Positions 13,118-27,752 of a DNA stretch of 64,000 nt are shown piece after piece. The DNA is from Eledone cirrhosa (lineage: Eukaryota): the NCBI GenBank assembly GCA_964016885.1, contig OZ024755.1:22072001-22136000 (forward strand). Direction: 5' to 3'. How positions within the stretch are numbered: the first letter of the stretch is position 1; each line of letters opens with the position of its first letter. Made by a program: the position numbers and the translations under genes. The notes below the pieces were generated by a model. It did no database searches and was not told the origin of the DNA. It saw nothing but the letters and a program-made list of their open reading frames with translations.

Positions 13118-13260
13118 ATACATGGTGTAGCAAAAGTAACGCCTTTTTGTTTGTTTATTAATTTATTGAACGAAAATAAATTACAGTAGTTTAAGAAAAT
13201 TTTTTTGTTCAATAAAAGTTGATAAACAAAAAAGAGTGTTACTTTTGCCCCACCCTGTAT
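13118..13260. mobile_element. Tc1-like MITE
   Basis: tacatggtgtagcaaaagtaac ... gttacttttgccccaccctgta imperfect TIRs with TA ends. Confidence 0.6.
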
Positions 13261-13689
13261 ATAACAGTCAAATGAATGCATATTGCTCAAGAATATATAC
13301 TGTATTATTCCACATATAAGAAACTTTGAAACAATGGTAAAGATTCTTGTCATATTTAAACTATATTTCAACTACAATAATTCATTTCTGATAAAATCAT
13401 AATTTCAACTCTGTTAATTAATAGTTTGAATTTTGAAAATAAATAATTCTATTTTCAATGAAATTTTTCTGTGAGAATATTCTAGAATGGCAGCCAAATA
13501 GAGGAAGGTTCAATGATGAGAGATTGATGATGTATTTCAGACATTCAACTAAATAGTGGAGCACAGAGGATCAGTTAAGAGATGTTCTAGTGTATTGTTA
13601 GAGACCATGAGATATACTAGGGTATTACTAGGGGTTATGAGATATTGTAGAGTTATTAGGGGTTATGAGATGTTTTAGGGTATTGTTAG

Positions 13690-14600
13690 AGAAAGTTCTG
13701 GATCTTGAGATAAGGACGATCTTTCTGGACCTGGACGGTAAGTTGTTGGTCCTGGACATGAGCAATAGCAAAGGTGGTGCCTTTAGACTGGTGGCAGAAC
13801 AGCTGGACTTCTTTAGGCACCTGGAAGCCTTTTTAAGAATGTCTCACCTTTTACTGTTAGTGGGGGACTGGAACAGCAGCTTGAATGCATGCTGAGATTG
13901 TGAGGAAGTAGTTGATAAGAGTGGTGGGTGCAAAAGCTTCAAATACCTGATCAGCCAGTTCCAACTGTCTGGCAGGTAATGACTAGAGTTCCTGAATGCG
14001 CCAGTTCCTGGACCAACCACATAGGGTCATCTATATTGTATATAGATAGGTTTTTCCACATTTCCGATCACAAATTTGTGATCTGCATGGTTGACCTAGA
14101 TAGACCATGTAGGTTAGGACCAGGTTACTGAAAGCTTAACGCGTTATTCCTTGTGCGTAAAGCTGACAAAGACTGGATCACCATTTTAGTTAAGTGTAAG
14201 TTGACAGAGGTGGGGTGGTCAACAACGGGTAGTAGGGTGTTCTCAAAATAGAGATTAGAATAATTTCAATAATTTAGTAAAGAATTAACAATAGAAACAA
14301 ATATAAAGAAGGGGTAGTTGGTAGCTAAATTAGATGAGGCGATTAGAAGTGGCATTGCTACTGATGTGCCAACGGCGAGAATGGCATTACACCATTTCTT
14401 CAATGTGAAACACGAATGCTGCATTGTCAGAGTTTAGGTGCATGTTATAAGAAATGAGGGAACAAAAGCTGTTTGATGGGCCCAAGTGGCAGTGGCGCAG
14501 TGTGGTAACAAAACCATGATTAGGTCTTTGATGGACCAAGATGAATGCTTATTGAACACTTCCAGGCAGATGTGTGCGGCCTTTCGCCAGGACTTTGCTC
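13690..14600 (+). mobile_element. Decayed L1/Tx1-type LINE endonuclease region
   Basis: Fragments DLDGKLLVLD, LLLVGDWN, WTN...YIDRF, ISDHK, GPGY*KLN (APE end plus the Tx1 GxWKLN motif); many stops. Confidence 0.6.
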
Positions 14601-16110
14601 AACAGTGCCACCCACATTAGTTGATAGTGATATCATATTAAACACAAGACAGAACAAGTTATGCTGGAATATATGGAAGCTAAAGGACCTTTCAGTCAAA
14701 TATAATTTAGAAAGGCCCTACACGATGCATTTGATGAGAGGGGAGATAAATTAGATACTTATGACATAAAGGACAATCTCATGTGACAACCTATTGCAAA
14801 CTACTGATGAGACTTAAGGCTGGAGCAAAATACCAAGTAACCAGAGAGTGACCTGGTGGTGGAATAGCATAGTGAATTACGGCCAAGAGATAGGCATAGA
14901 ACAACTGGAAAAACAGGGGTAGCAAAGGCCAGTACCAGATAACTAAAAGAAAAGCCAGACAACAGGTATACATAGCTCAGAAAGAGTCTGAAAGAAGAAA
15001 GTTTGCCAATGTCTTGTGATGTGAAATTTTCCACATTGCAAGGTAGTGTGAATAGGGATGTTGTTGGAGAAAAGTGTGTTAGAAATGACACTGGTACTAA
15101 AAAGAAAAAGAGGCCTCAAAATGTTACTAGGAAAGGATGATGAATGTAGAGAATGAATGGGGGGAAGAGAGAGACAACCTCCAGCTTACCCAACAGAAGG
15201 ATGAGCTATTTAAATTGACAGTTTTAAGGTCAAAGAAGCAATAAAAAAAATGACGTATGGTAAAGCCGCAGAGACAACTGAGATAGTCGCTTAGATACTA
15301 AAACCATCTGGAGAGATAGGAGTTGAACTAGAAACCAACATAGTCAATCAGGTAATTCAGGATGGAGTCATACTTAATGACTGGTGTAGCAGTACAATCA
15401 TAAATTGCTACATAAATTGCTAAAGGTAACTCTCTAGAAAGAAGCAACTAGAGGAATAAAACTAATGAACCAAGTTACGAAAGTGGCGGAAAGAGTTATA
15501 GTGCAGATAATTAGGGAAAGAGTCAAATTAGACAAGACGCAGTTTGCTTTTATACCTGGGAAAAGTACAACCGATGCCCTCTTAGTGAGATAACTACAAG
15601 AGAAGTTCCTAGCCAAGAATAAGAGAGTATATTTAGCTTCTGTTGATCTAGAAAAAGCCTTTGACAAAGTACCTTGATCTGATATCTGTTGGCCCTTAAG
15701 AAAACTAGTCATGAAAGAATAGGTTGTGAGAGTGGTGCAAGCCATGTACAGAGGAACTATCAGTAAAATTAGAGCAGAAAGTGAGTTTAGTGAAGAACTC
15801 AAGGTACATATAGGAGTTCATCAGGGTTTGATTCATAGCCCACTGCTATTCATCTTAGTTCTCAAGGCCATAACAGAGGAGTTTAAGACTGGCTGTCCAT
15901 GGGAACTTCTCTATGTGGATGATCTGGTCCTTATAGCTGAATCCATAAAAGAAGTAAAAAAAAATAAATTCTGACAATGGAAACAGAATTTACAATCAAA
16001 AAGGTTTGAGAGTAAACTTAGAAAGATCTAAAGTATTGTTAAGCAGGAAAGAAGACAGGAACCCGATCCCGTCAGGGAAATGGCCCTGTTCGATATGCAG
16101 AAAAGGAATA
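14600..16110 (+). mobile_element. Decayed RTE LINE reverse transcriptase
   Basis: Fragments RGIKLM, QFAFIPGKSTTDA, VDLEKAFDKVP, GVHQG..SPLLFILVL, ELLYVDDLVL, GKWPCSICRKG; same family type as 8188-9092. Confidence 0.8.
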
Positions 16111-17470
16111 ACGATAATGGTGATAATGGTGATAATGATGATAATGGTGACGGAAGTTACCACATTACTGTGAATATGACTTAGCTTATAACAACTAAAC
16201 TAAATTATAACTTAGATTGGAACTTCTTTCTAAAGTTGGAATAATATACTATTAAATTTCAGAGCAGTTGTTTTCATTGGAGTTCTAGCTTTTTTTAATA
16301 TGTTCATGTACAATTGTGTGTGTGCATATATAATTCAAAGAATATACATATTCAAATTTATGCATATGAGGGTCGGCTAAAATGTTCATAGATGACCTCA
16401 TGGAATGACCAAATGAGGTTTATTTTGTTAACATAGTCCCTGGAAAGAAACAATGCAGTTATTAATAAGAAGAGTTGAAATAAATGCAAGCAAGATTTCA
16501 CAGCTCTAGTATTGGTCCATCATAGTCAGCCTATGAACTTTTCAGTTGACCAACCCTCATATAAAAGCTATTGTGTGTTTAGGCATGCATGTGTGTGTGT
16601 GTGTGTAAGAACATTGGTGACTATATATCTGTTTTTATGAAACTAATCGTTAATGTATAATGAAGATGTATTTTCTGTATTAATTAACAAATTATGTGTG
16701 GCATGACATTCTTTGGTAGGTCTTTTAAAAACAAAACAAAACATAACAAACAAACTTATTGAATCCCTTGTATAAAGAAATACAAGAAAAAAGTAAAGAC
16801 AATAACAGGCTAGAAAATAGAAATGATATGTTGGAGTTGAATATGAAATAGTTTATAATTTCAGACCATCTTGTAGTTGTGTAATGGAGCTTTATACCGT
16901 ATATACTTGAATATAAGTCTACCCCCACCTATTTTATATCTGAAAAATCTAAACCCCATTTATAAGCCGAGGCAGTTAATCAACACATTGTTTAGATAAT
17001 GTCCCAATTTCACCATCAATTTTTTTTGGTCATATATTCCTCAGCTTATATGCGAGTATATAAGGTAGGCATTTATAAATTAATTTTTACCTGAAGTAAG
17101 GTATGATATATGATTGACACCTGATGAATATTAAATAAAATTTGATGCCAAAATAAATTATGAACTATGATGTAAAACAATATTATAGGATTTATATATA
17201 TATGTTGTGTATATATATATATATGTATATATATATATTATATATATATATAAACACTTTCATACATGAGCACACACTGATGAATCCCACACATACACTT
17301 TATTTACAAATCCCCCCCACCCACCCCCGTTTCTCCCATTCAGTCATGGATTAGAATAGTTTGAGCAAATGTGGTAAGTTTTGAAATGTGTGAAAAGAAC
17401 ATGAATTTCCTGAGAACATTGTTCATGGAGAGAGAGAAAGAGAGAGTCAGAGAAAGAGAGAGTCAAAGAC

Positions 17471-17501
<31 letters not shown>

Positions 17502-17654
17502 TAAATAGATAGATATACAGATAGAAAGGAAGAGAGAGAAATGAGATTATTCCATGACAACCAAACATAGCGTAGCAGATGTGTGTGCTACACTAAGGCA
17601 TAAGATATTTTTTCATAAGTTGGCAACAAAACAAAAAAGATGAAGAAGATGCCA

Positions 17655-17807
17655 TCAATGTCCTGTACCATTCACATATGAACTCTGGCCAACAAGCTGA
17701 AGATTCTGTACATGGGTGTACATTTTCAGAGCTGGACCTAGTTTCAAAGACAGACCTGTAAGGACATCACTTCTTTTCATCAACAGGAGAGATTTGCCAT
17801 CAATCTC
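17655..17807 (-). CDS. SAMD1: Terminal coding exon 8, SAM C-half ([50 protein letters not shown])
   Basis: tttttcAG acceptor, 153 nt ending in TGA. [28 protein letters not shown] is nearly identical to the SAMD1/atherin SAM. Confidence 0.93.
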   Translation of the reverse strand, partial: EIDGKSLLLMKRSDVLTGLSLKLGPALKMYTHVQNLQLVGQSSYVNGTGH

Positions 17808-18957
17808 CTGAAAAATAAATGACAACAAAATTTAAAATAACAAATGTTTTCACAAATTGTAGGCATTGATCTAACATGAGCACTTAATTCAGTAATCCTT
17901 ATTTTAAAATGAGTATTGTTTAACCCTTTAGCATTTAAACTGGCCATATCCAGCCAGAATTCTCTCACCTCTTTCTGTTCAAATCAGTCATAACTGGCCA
18001 CTCATACTGATGTTAAGGTATTGTTCTCAAAATAAATAATATCAAAATCTCATAGATTTGATATTATGTGAGATATTTATGTGAAATAGTGTTTACCGTG
18101 AAAATACAATAGTATATATAGAGTAATGTAAATGCTAAAGGGTTAAAGTGATGGCAAATTGGCAGTCGTTAGAACAGATAGAATTCTTTCAGGTATTTGT
18201 TTCAGATTGCCTTTCAACCATTCGGGATCGATAAAAAAAAAGTACCAGTCTAGTACTAAGGTAAAGTCTTCCTCTGTATCACTTTCTCACTTCCATTTTG
18301 TCCATCCTTCTCTGGAAGAAATCTGCTATATTTCAGATCCGGAGAGTTGATGGCCTTAGCCACATTTAAAAGACAAAATGCATTAGAAACACCATGCATT
18401 CTTTTAAATCTTGAAGGAAAAGTTCTAGAACATTCTAAGAAAAAAAAAAGTATGTGGAACCTAAAATTTTGATACATAAATTGCCAGCGTAATGTATTCT
18501 GGGTAAAAATAAATAATTCACAGAAAGAGGGTGTTCATCATCATCATCATCATCATTGTTTTTACGTCTGATTTTCCACACTCACATGGGTTGGACAGGT
18601 CCTTTTCCCCACAGCATCTCTCCACTCACTGCATTCTTTTGTCATCTTCTCATCTCCTCTGTGAGTCTTGTCCAATAAACAAAGTAAATTTATTTATTTC
18701 AGGTGTTGAAAGGTATGGTCATGGCAAATCCATTACTTTAGTGTGTCCAAAGCTAGGGTGAGTCTATTCTACAATAACTCTGCTTGAGTACTGACCAGCC
18801 ATTGATGGCATATCAAAGCCTTGCTAGCATGGAAAATGGACATTAAATAATGATGATGATGATGATGACAATGAAGATGATGATTATGATGATAACGGCA
18901 ATGACATTGATGATGATGAATAGGTTATTTTGTAGTCGGAACTGGAATTGATGTTAC

Positions 18958-19102
18958 CTGTTCACGAAAAGCTTCTGCTTGTGTGACAAAGCCAGCTGAT
19001 TTAAAGAAATTCACAACATCATCAATGCTCCAATTGGCTGCATCAGGGTATGGACCTTGGAAGTCCCTTAACATTGGTAACGAGACAGGTTCTTCTTTTA
19101 CA
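18958..19102 (-). CDS. SAMD1: Coding exon 7, SAM N-half (VKEEPVSLPMLRDFQGPYPDAANWSIDDVVNFFKSAGFVTQAEAFREQ)
   Basis: tttcAG acceptor, CAG|GTAAC donor, 145 nt (phase 2->0). W-s-x-x-DV-x-x-F...F-x-EQ is the SAM start. Confidence 0.92.
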
Positions 19103-19688
19103 CTGAAATCAGTAAAATATCACAGTATTGAAATAATAATATAATACAAGGTGTCACAATGTACAGGCGTTACAGCAGACAGGTGGGGCAACACAACATA
19201 CATGTGTCACAAGGTGTCACAACAGCAGGTGCCACATCTTGTAGTCAACTCAGATAAGACAGAGTAACAGCGTTGTTTCAATAAAGTCCAGATCTCAAGC
19301 TACAGATGGTATTCCTGATAAATTGGTAATCTTGGGTATAAACTGTAATGAGGGTGATACCTTCAAACTAATGGCCCCCTTAACCCTTTAGCATTTAAGC
19401 AGGCCATATCCAGCCAGAATTTTCTCACCTATTTCTGTTCAAACCAGCTATAACCAGCTGCTCATACTGATGTTAAGGTATTGTTCTCTAAATAAATAAT
19501 ATCAAAATCTCATATATTCGATATTATCTGAGATAATTATGAAGTGAAGCCTTTACTGTGAAAATAAAATAGTAAATATAGAGTAATGTAAAAGCTAAAG
19601 GGTTAAACCCTGACAAACAAAACAAGCTATTGCAAGACAAATGAAAAGAAAGTAAACCCTTTGAATTTGTCAAAAATATTTAACTCAC

Positions 19689-19779
19689 CATGGTTTTTCC
19701 TCAGGTTCTGGTTGAATTGGAGAATCTTGTGGAGTTGGAAGACCTGGTGGGCTTGTCTCAACATTGTCCCGATGGTTGC
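19689..19779 (-). CDS. SAMD1: Coding exon 6 (GNHRDNVETSPPGLPTPQDSPIQPEPEEKP)
   Basis: tttAG acceptor, GTGAG donor, 91 nt (phase 1->2). Open, Pro-rich LPTPxxSP linker; phases fit both neighbours. Confidence 0.8.
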
Positions 19780-19929
19780 CTAAAGTATGAAGAGTTTAAT
19801 GTTGTTAGGTGTATTAAACATTTTAACCTACCAATATATTTTATATGAGCAAATGAGGTAGCCATGACATGGTTGAACTTAGAGAAATAGTGACCAAATC
19901 TTCCTCAAATCACTCCCATATTTGCCAAC

Positions 19930-20125
19930 ATCTTTACAGAGTGTACTGGGTGTATTTTATTGTGACATCAGCACTGTAACCACTTTACAGAGTGTACTGG
20001 GTGTATTTTATTGTGACATCAGCACTGTAACCACTTTACAGAGTGTACTGGGTGTATTTTATTGACATCAACACTAACATCTTTACAGAGTGTACTGGGT
20101 GTATTTTATTGTGACATCAACACTA
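19930..20125. repeat. ~51-bp tandem repeat x4
   Basis: ctttacagagtgtactgggtgtattttattgtgacatcagcactgtaacca; single related copy at ~39750. Confidence 0.9.
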
Positions 20126-21049
20126 GAGGCATTTATCATGAACTTGGCAATGTTAAACCTTCCTTTCAACTTTACATTGTTTCCACTCCTTTGTCAATCT
20201 CTTTACAGAATTTGCCCGACATTTTCTCCACTTTGAAATTCCCAGTATACATTCACTATTGATTTCCTTATTTAGGCAAAAAGATCTATCATTTCGGGAT
20301 GTTTGTTTACAAACGCACCGAGCATTATAATAAATGTTCGGTGAATCCATCCGTACATATATATATGTGTGCATGTATGTATATATATATATACATACTA
20401 CTGTACGTCTGTATACATACATATATGTATGTACGTATACATACTTAGATCTATCATTTATTTTATGCAAACCTCTAAGAGAGATGAAAAGTAGACTCAG
20501 CCCTAACAAGATTTAAACATTAGAGGAATAAACCAAACATTATGAACAATGACAGAGCCTCTACCCACTTGCTAGAAATAACAACCAAATATCCATTTAA
20601 GAGAGGGGTGGGGATAGACAAACTGATAGACAAAGTCACAAAAGAAAGACACATTAATTGGGCTGGTTGTTTTATAATAAAGATTTAAATAAGATATAAT
20701 AAAGATTTAAGTAGACATAGTAGTATAGTTAATACAAATCATTATGAGATATGTAATAAATGACTGATAAGTTTCCGAAAGCTGGTACAATATGGTAGAA
20801 ATATATAAAAGACCAGTTAAGGAAGAACACATTGATCGTTTGTTTTTGTTTTGAAGTGTTTTCGTTTTACGTTTGAACAGAGGGTCGTAACCCCGAAATA
20901 AGTTGAAATATTCTGGGTAAAACATTACTTTGTTTTACTTTATCATCCTTTACCTGTTATATATTTCTACTACAATGTACTGACTTTTTGAAACTTATCA
21001 GTCATTTATTTTTAAATAAGTATTTTTAAGAGTAACTTGAAAAGATTAC

Positions 21050-21157
21050 CATTGGTGGTTGGCATGGAGGACTCATCTGGTCTTGCAGTATCAAATTCCA
21101 TTGGCTGAGCTTGAGAATTTTCAATTTCTGATGTACACTGACCACACACCCACTTTC
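21050..21157 (-). CDS. SAMD1: Coding exon 5 (GKWVCGQCTSEIENSQAQPMEFDTARPDESSMPTTN)
   Basis: ttgcAG acceptor, GTAAT donor, 108 nt (phase 1->1). GKWxCxxC completes PHD2. Confidence 0.9.
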
Positions 21158-22026
21158 CTGCAATAGAAACAATCAACTTAAAGATTAGTCTGAAGAAAGA
21201 AGTATGGTAGAATGACTGGTACTACAGTATGGTAGAATATAAGTTAAGTTAGTTAAAGTATGTTCATTGGGCCGGTGCTTATCCCCAGTTTCCTTGGCAA
21301 CTGAGAGGATAAGACTTCCTCTGGACAGGACGCCGGTCCATTGCAAGATTGATTCCCCAGCTACTGCTGGTACTCACTCTTCACTGAGTATACTGGAGCA
21401 ATGTGAAATAAAGTGTTTTGCTCAAGATATATATATATCATCGTTGTTTTAAGGTCTGCTTTCTTTCTAGCAAGAGTTATATATCATCATCATCATCATT
21501 CTTCGACTACTGTCGAGATGATGGATCTCACTCTCATGCCCCAGAACTCCCTGTCCCCCATATAGTGCGGTTCCCTGAGGAACAGGAACCCTGGTGCAGT
21601 CAGTTGCGAAATCCATCATCTTTTCAAATAGCTAATAATGTGTGTGGGCGCCACTACTACACACATGTGAAAGAATTTGACAGCCAAGTCTTGAAGAAGG
21701 TGCTTTCTTCTAAAGAACTCCTGGGAGCTCTTAAGAGCTCTTGGAGTCAATGGCCATCCAAAACCAGCACGGCCCGCCGAAAGGCACTGCAGTGCCGGAA
21801 AAGTCAACTTCCTGCTACTAGTATGCTGGTAAGCTAGTACAACGTATCTCCAGACGGATAGAGTGGGTCTGTAGCTTTGGTTAGCGACTACTCTAGTGCT
21901 TGCAACAGAGTTATATATATAAGAAAAATGATGAATTATATGCACTCTGTCTGTGCATAAAATGCTCATTTTGGTACTACCACTAGTAATTTACTGAATC
22001 ATATACATTAAATCAAAAAAAAAAAA

Positions 22027-22057
<31 letters not shown>

Positions 22058-22343
22058 GGCCTGCCCGCCCAGCCAGTGGGATTGCGTAATTGTATGGCTA
22101 AAACAGCCCGACAGACTGGTCGGTCAAGGTGATATATATATATTATTATTCTTTATCATTAAAATTAATATAAAAAATAATAATTATATATAATTATTAA
22201 AAAATTTTTTTTATCCCAAATTTTTAGAGAAAGGCCTCAAATTCCATATAGCTTAGAGCCTCGGCAGGTCAAAGTTCAGCCCTGCCCATACCATCTCTCT
22301 CTTCATGAACCAACCCTCAAACAGTACTGATTATAATTCTTAC

Positions 22344-22425
22344 CTTTCGGTTTTTCATTCACACATGGATGATGGCATTTCATGTGATATCCTTTGTCAC
22401 AGGCATCACAAAATAACATGCAATC
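22344..22425 (-). CDS. SAMD1: Coding exon 4 (DCMLFCDACDKGYHMKCHHPCVNEKPK)
   Basis: tgcAG acceptor, GTAAG donor, 82 nt (phase 0->1). MLFCDxCDxGYHMxC is the PHD2 core. Confidence 0.92.
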
Positions 22426-24020
22426 CTGCATAAAGAGATATATAATAATAATAATAATAATAATAATGGTTTCCAACTTAGGTACAAGGCTAGCAATTTT
22501 GGGGTAAGGAGAAAGTCAATTAAATTGACCGCAGTGTGTGACTGGAACTTTATTTTATCAACCGCATAAGGATGAAAGGCGAAGCTAACCTCAGTGGGAT
22601 TGAGATGTTCAAGTATTATAGACCAATTAGTCTTTAACCCTTTAGCAGTTACATTACTTTATATTTACTATTATATTTTCACGGTAAAGCTTTACCTCAC
22701 ATAGTATCCCATACAATATCAAATCTATAAAATTTTCTTATTTATTTTGAGAACAATACCATAACACCAGAATGAGCAACCAGTTACAGCTGGTTTGAAC
22801 AGGATATGGCCAGTTTAAATGCTAAAGGGTTAATTGATATTAAACTGCACCTTAATTTGTCTAGTTGTATCTGACAGTCTTTTGGCTACTATTTCTAGCG
22901 ACATTATAAGCTTGTCACATAGTCCTAATATGCTAGGGGATTTTTGATCATGTAATGCTATACATGTTTTTTATTCCAGCGTGCTAACTCAGCAAATGGA
23001 ACAGTATGTATGTTTTCTTGGTTAAACCCCTCCTGAAGAGTATGGTGGATTCTTCAATTATTGGAGGTCCTAATAAGAATTCTTCCTCATACGAAACCAT
23101 TGTAGGGAGATCTATATAGAAGTGAGTTTAGATAGAATGTTCTTTTGTTTATCTTGTCTGTACTCCCATAAATAGAGTTTTTTCTCACTTAATTTTAATA
23201 TATAATATTGCTCCTTGAGAGATTTCTCTCATTGAGATGTTTAATTAATATATATCATCATCATCACCACCGTTTTACGTCTGTTCTTCCACGCTAGCAT
23301 GGGTTAGACGGGTTGTCCTGTTGTGAGCAGTGTCCGGTCGGCTGACTCTGGCTTGATTTCTACAGCTGGATGCAACTTCCTAACACCAACCTCATTTACA
23401 GTGACTGCTTTTTTTTCTGTGGCACCTACACGTCCACTTTTACAGTGTGGGCTGGGTGCTTTTTTACCATGGCACCTCCATGACCACTTTGCAGTGGAAT
23501 GATAGGGACCCCAGTCCTATCATCTCATTTCTACAGCTGAGTAAACTGGAGCAACGTGAAATAAAGTGTCTTGCTCAAGGAAACAACACATCACCCGGTC
23601 TGAGTATTGAACTCACATTTCGATTGCAAGATATATATATTCCCCAATCCACGAGAGCCGTTATTTGATGCAAATAACACGTGATTTTGCCCTACTCTGG
23701 GCAGCATGTATATTAGCTTTCTCTCTATCCATGAGGTTAGATGTGTCGTGAACAGAATCCACATTTGCTGACTGAGGAACCTGTGGGCTGTTAAACTGCA
23801 CATTTCTAGATTCGCATCAGCAAACTTATAGTTATAAGGTTGGTAATTTAAAACTCTACTTCAGAGATTTGATTCTGACTTAGTTTTTTTCTATTTAATT
23901 GCTAACCTGTAGATATTGTTCAGTAACGGTTAAACTCACTTGTAATAATTCTTTACACACATCTCACTGTGTAACACACTTCTCTGTGTAATATATTTGT
24001 ATATATATATATATATACAA

Positions 24021-24081
<61 letters not shown>

Positions 24082-24083
<2 letters not shown>

Positions 24084-24415
24084 TCATCATCGTTTAACGT
24101 CCATCTTCCACGCTTGCATGGGTTTGGTCGGGAGTTTTTGTTAGAGGTGCCTACTGACTCTAGTAGGTTTCACTTTGTACTTAGGTAAGGCGGGTCTTCT
24201 GTATTACTGTGTAGCGCCAAAGATCTCGGTCCAGTGACATTGTCTTGGAGAGGTGTAAGTGTGTGAGGTCGGAATTTATCAAGTCGTCCCAGGTTTTTCT
24301 GGGTCTGCCTACTCCGTGGCTACCGTCTATTTTTATCGCCCTGCACTTATTTATACAGCTGTCGTCTTTCATGCGCATCACGTGACCATACCAACGTAGT
24401 CTTCTCTCGAGTAAA
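24082..24415 (-). mobile_element. RTE LINE 3' end fragment with 3'UTR and (GAT)n tail
   Basis: LLERRLRWYGHVMRMKDDSC...GRPRKTW...DRDLWR, followed by ...catgcaagcgtggaagatggacgttaaacgatgatg. Confidence 0.85.
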
Positions 24416-24463
24416 CATATATACAAATATATTACACAAAGAGAAGTGTGTTACACAGTGAGA

Positions 24464-24497
<34 letters not shown>

Positions 24498-26029
24498 CAG
24501 TGAGATATATATATATATATATATATAAAATGTATATAATGTATATGTAAAATCCTGACTGTGACATCAAGCAGTTTCGGTTTGTGTGTCTATATATTTC
24601 AAGAAAGTTGGATTGATGATTTTGGATTCATAGAAACATATCGGACATATTGCAGAATATCATTCGATCTGTCCAGGTCTGTTGTTTTAACCTCATTAGT
24701 TCTTTCATTGTTTTGGTTGGGTTTTGCCTACTGCAATTTTCAATTTGTCAAGCTATTTAAACGTAATGTTATTACTCTAAGGACCTACCCTTATTGAGTG
24801 CTTTGCTACTCATTCCTTATTGTAGGTCGACTTTGCTTGGCCACAGCCAAAGCTTCGATTTTACTAAGCTTCCACTTGTATATATAGATATGTTTCTTTA
24901 TTAGCCACAGGGGCACAAAAGAAGGGGACAATTACAAAGGGGGAAGTTTACATACAATAAAAACGTGTAAAATGTTATCACAAATGGAATTTAAAAAGTT
25001 AGAAGATTTTCCCCAATAGAGGGAGACAGTTTATATGGGTAACACATACCCCCGAAAAAATGTGCAACCCTCATCTCCAGGAGTACGAAGAGTTTGTACT
25101 CCCTAGATAGCTAGCTAGACAGAGAGAGAAAAACATACTATGTTATTTGGTTGCCAAAATACTGAGTTTGATACAATCGACTAAAACCCCTGAACACAAT
25201 GTCCCAGCATGGCCACAATCAAGAATATATCGTAATCTTTAGAGAATTAACTAAACAAAACTAAACAAAACAGAAGAATCCTTTAGAGAAGGATTTTTCT
25301 TTTAAAAAGAAGTATACAAAACCCATTAGATTTGAAAGCTAGAATATATATTTATTTACTCCAGTCTAGAATGTTACTTACAGCAGTTATAATAATAGAA
25401 TGTCTTAGAGAATCAATAGTATAGAATATAGGACAGAATAATGACATTAATGGAGAGGCTTTTAACATAAAAAGCGATATATCTAATAAGTTGAATTGTT
25501 GTGCACAAGTATTTACAGATAAAAGAAATAAAATAATAATAAAAATCAATGGCAAAATATTATCTTCTAGTCAATCACTTCGAATGTTTTGAATGAACAA
25601 ATTTTACACAAAGCTAAATGTCAGCCGGAGATAAGAGAGAGATAGGAAAGTATACTAAAGAAAAATATATAAAAGCTGAAAGATTATATATATATATATA
25701 CAGACACAATATATATACATATATATATATATAATGGAAAAATATATATATATATATAATGGAAAAATATATATATATATATATATATTTGAAAAAAAGC
25801 CCTTGTAGTGTTAAAAAATTTATGATTTAATGTTATAATATATTATAATATTATATTATAACACTAAATCATAAAAATGATTTAACACTACAAGTGAAGT
25901 CATTCTTTTCCTTTTTTTCAAATATACCCAACTGCACCAAGGATCTCACTCATTTTCCAATATATATATATATATATATATATACATACACAATATATAT
26001 ATGTGCGTATATATATATATGTATCTATA

Positions 26030-26076
<47 letters not shown>

Positions 26077-26113
26077 ATATATATTTATGCACACACAAAC
26101 ACACACATTTATA

Positions 26114-26144
<31 letters not shown>

Positions 26145-26911
26145 TATATATATATATACACACACACATATATATATATATAACGCATATATATATATAC
26201 ACACACACATATATAATGCACACACACACATATATATATATATTTATAATTGTTTCTACTTTAGGCACAAGGCCAGCAAATACCCAGTGCATTACTGGTA
26301 CTTTATTTTATCAAAGGAAGTGTGGTAAGGAACCAGATGGACCAAAATGCACCAGAGTACTCAATACTTAGGGTAGTAGAGTGGGTAATAGGAAAATGTT
26401 AAACCCCGACGGCAGAGCTCAAGCCGTTTCGACATATATTTGATACATAATAAAACCTTCATCATCATTATTTTACGTCCGCTTTTCCGCTTTCCTCTGC
26501 TTGCAAGGGTGGGACGGGAACTGATTCTGGCTTGATTTCTACAGCTGGATACCCTTCCTAACACCAACCTCATTTACAGTGAGTACTGGGGTGCTTTTTT
26601 GCCGTGGCACCTCCACGACCACTTTGCAGTGGAATGATAGGGACCCCAGTCCCTATCATCTCATTTCTACAGCTGAGTAAACTGGAGCAATGTGAAATAA
26701 AGTGTCTTGCTCAAGGAAACAACACATCACCCGGTCTGAGAATTGAACTCACAACCTTTCGATTGCAAGGCCAATGCTCAAACCACTAAGCCATGTGCCT
26801 CCATTATATATATTAAATAAACATGTATTATCTAGAACTGAGTTCTGCCAAAAAAACATCACAGCTGACAGATTCTTGTATCTATCCATCTATTTACCTA
26901 TTCACGGCATC

Positions 26912-27021
<110 letters not shown>

Positions 27022-27606
27022 TATAGACACCACTACACATATATATATACACCACTACACACACATGCACATACATTATATATATATATATATATACAAA
27101 TAATTGTTTCTACTTTTGGCACAAGGGCAGCAATTACCCAGTACATTACTGGTACTTTATTTAATCGGCCCCTTAAGGATGAAAGGCAAAGTTAACCTCG
27201 GAGGGATTTGAACTCAGATCGTAAAGGGACGTAACTACGCTGGAAAGCATGTCCGACCCTCTGCCAATACACCACCATTATATATATATACAAATAATGA
27301 ATCAAAACATATCAAATGTTTAGAATTTTGTGTTTCTCAACAAGCAAGCTCAATAGACTTTATCTAGTCATAATAACCAAATGAAAAAGATTTATGTATA
27401 TATATATAGAGAGAAAGAGCCATATATTGTACGAGAAACACAATATATTGTATATATATACCAAATACATATTCTATAGAAGAATATGTATTTGGTATAT
27501 ATATATATATATATACAAGATACTGTGTTTCTTATACAATATATAGTTCTTTCTCTCTATCATCATCGTTTTACATCTATCTTCCACGCTAGCATGGGTT
27601 TTGGTT

Positions 27607-27644
<38 letters not shown>

Positions 27645-27666
27645 CTTCTTATATATACTCCAGTTC

Positions 27667-27752
27667 AATAAACTGTTGAGTGCTACTTATAAACTGTTGA
27701 GTGCTACTTATAAACTGTTGAGTGCTACTTATAAACTGTTGAGTGCTACTTA
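27667..27752. repeat. 21-bp tandem repeat x4
   Basis: ataaactgttgagtgctactt repeated. Confidence 0.95.

Noticed and set aside
21490-21900. 139-aa ORF with RKALQC motif, possible extra exon or LINE 5' region
   Set aside because: Opposite strand to the gene, with no convincing domain; likely a decayed repeat that I cannot classify.
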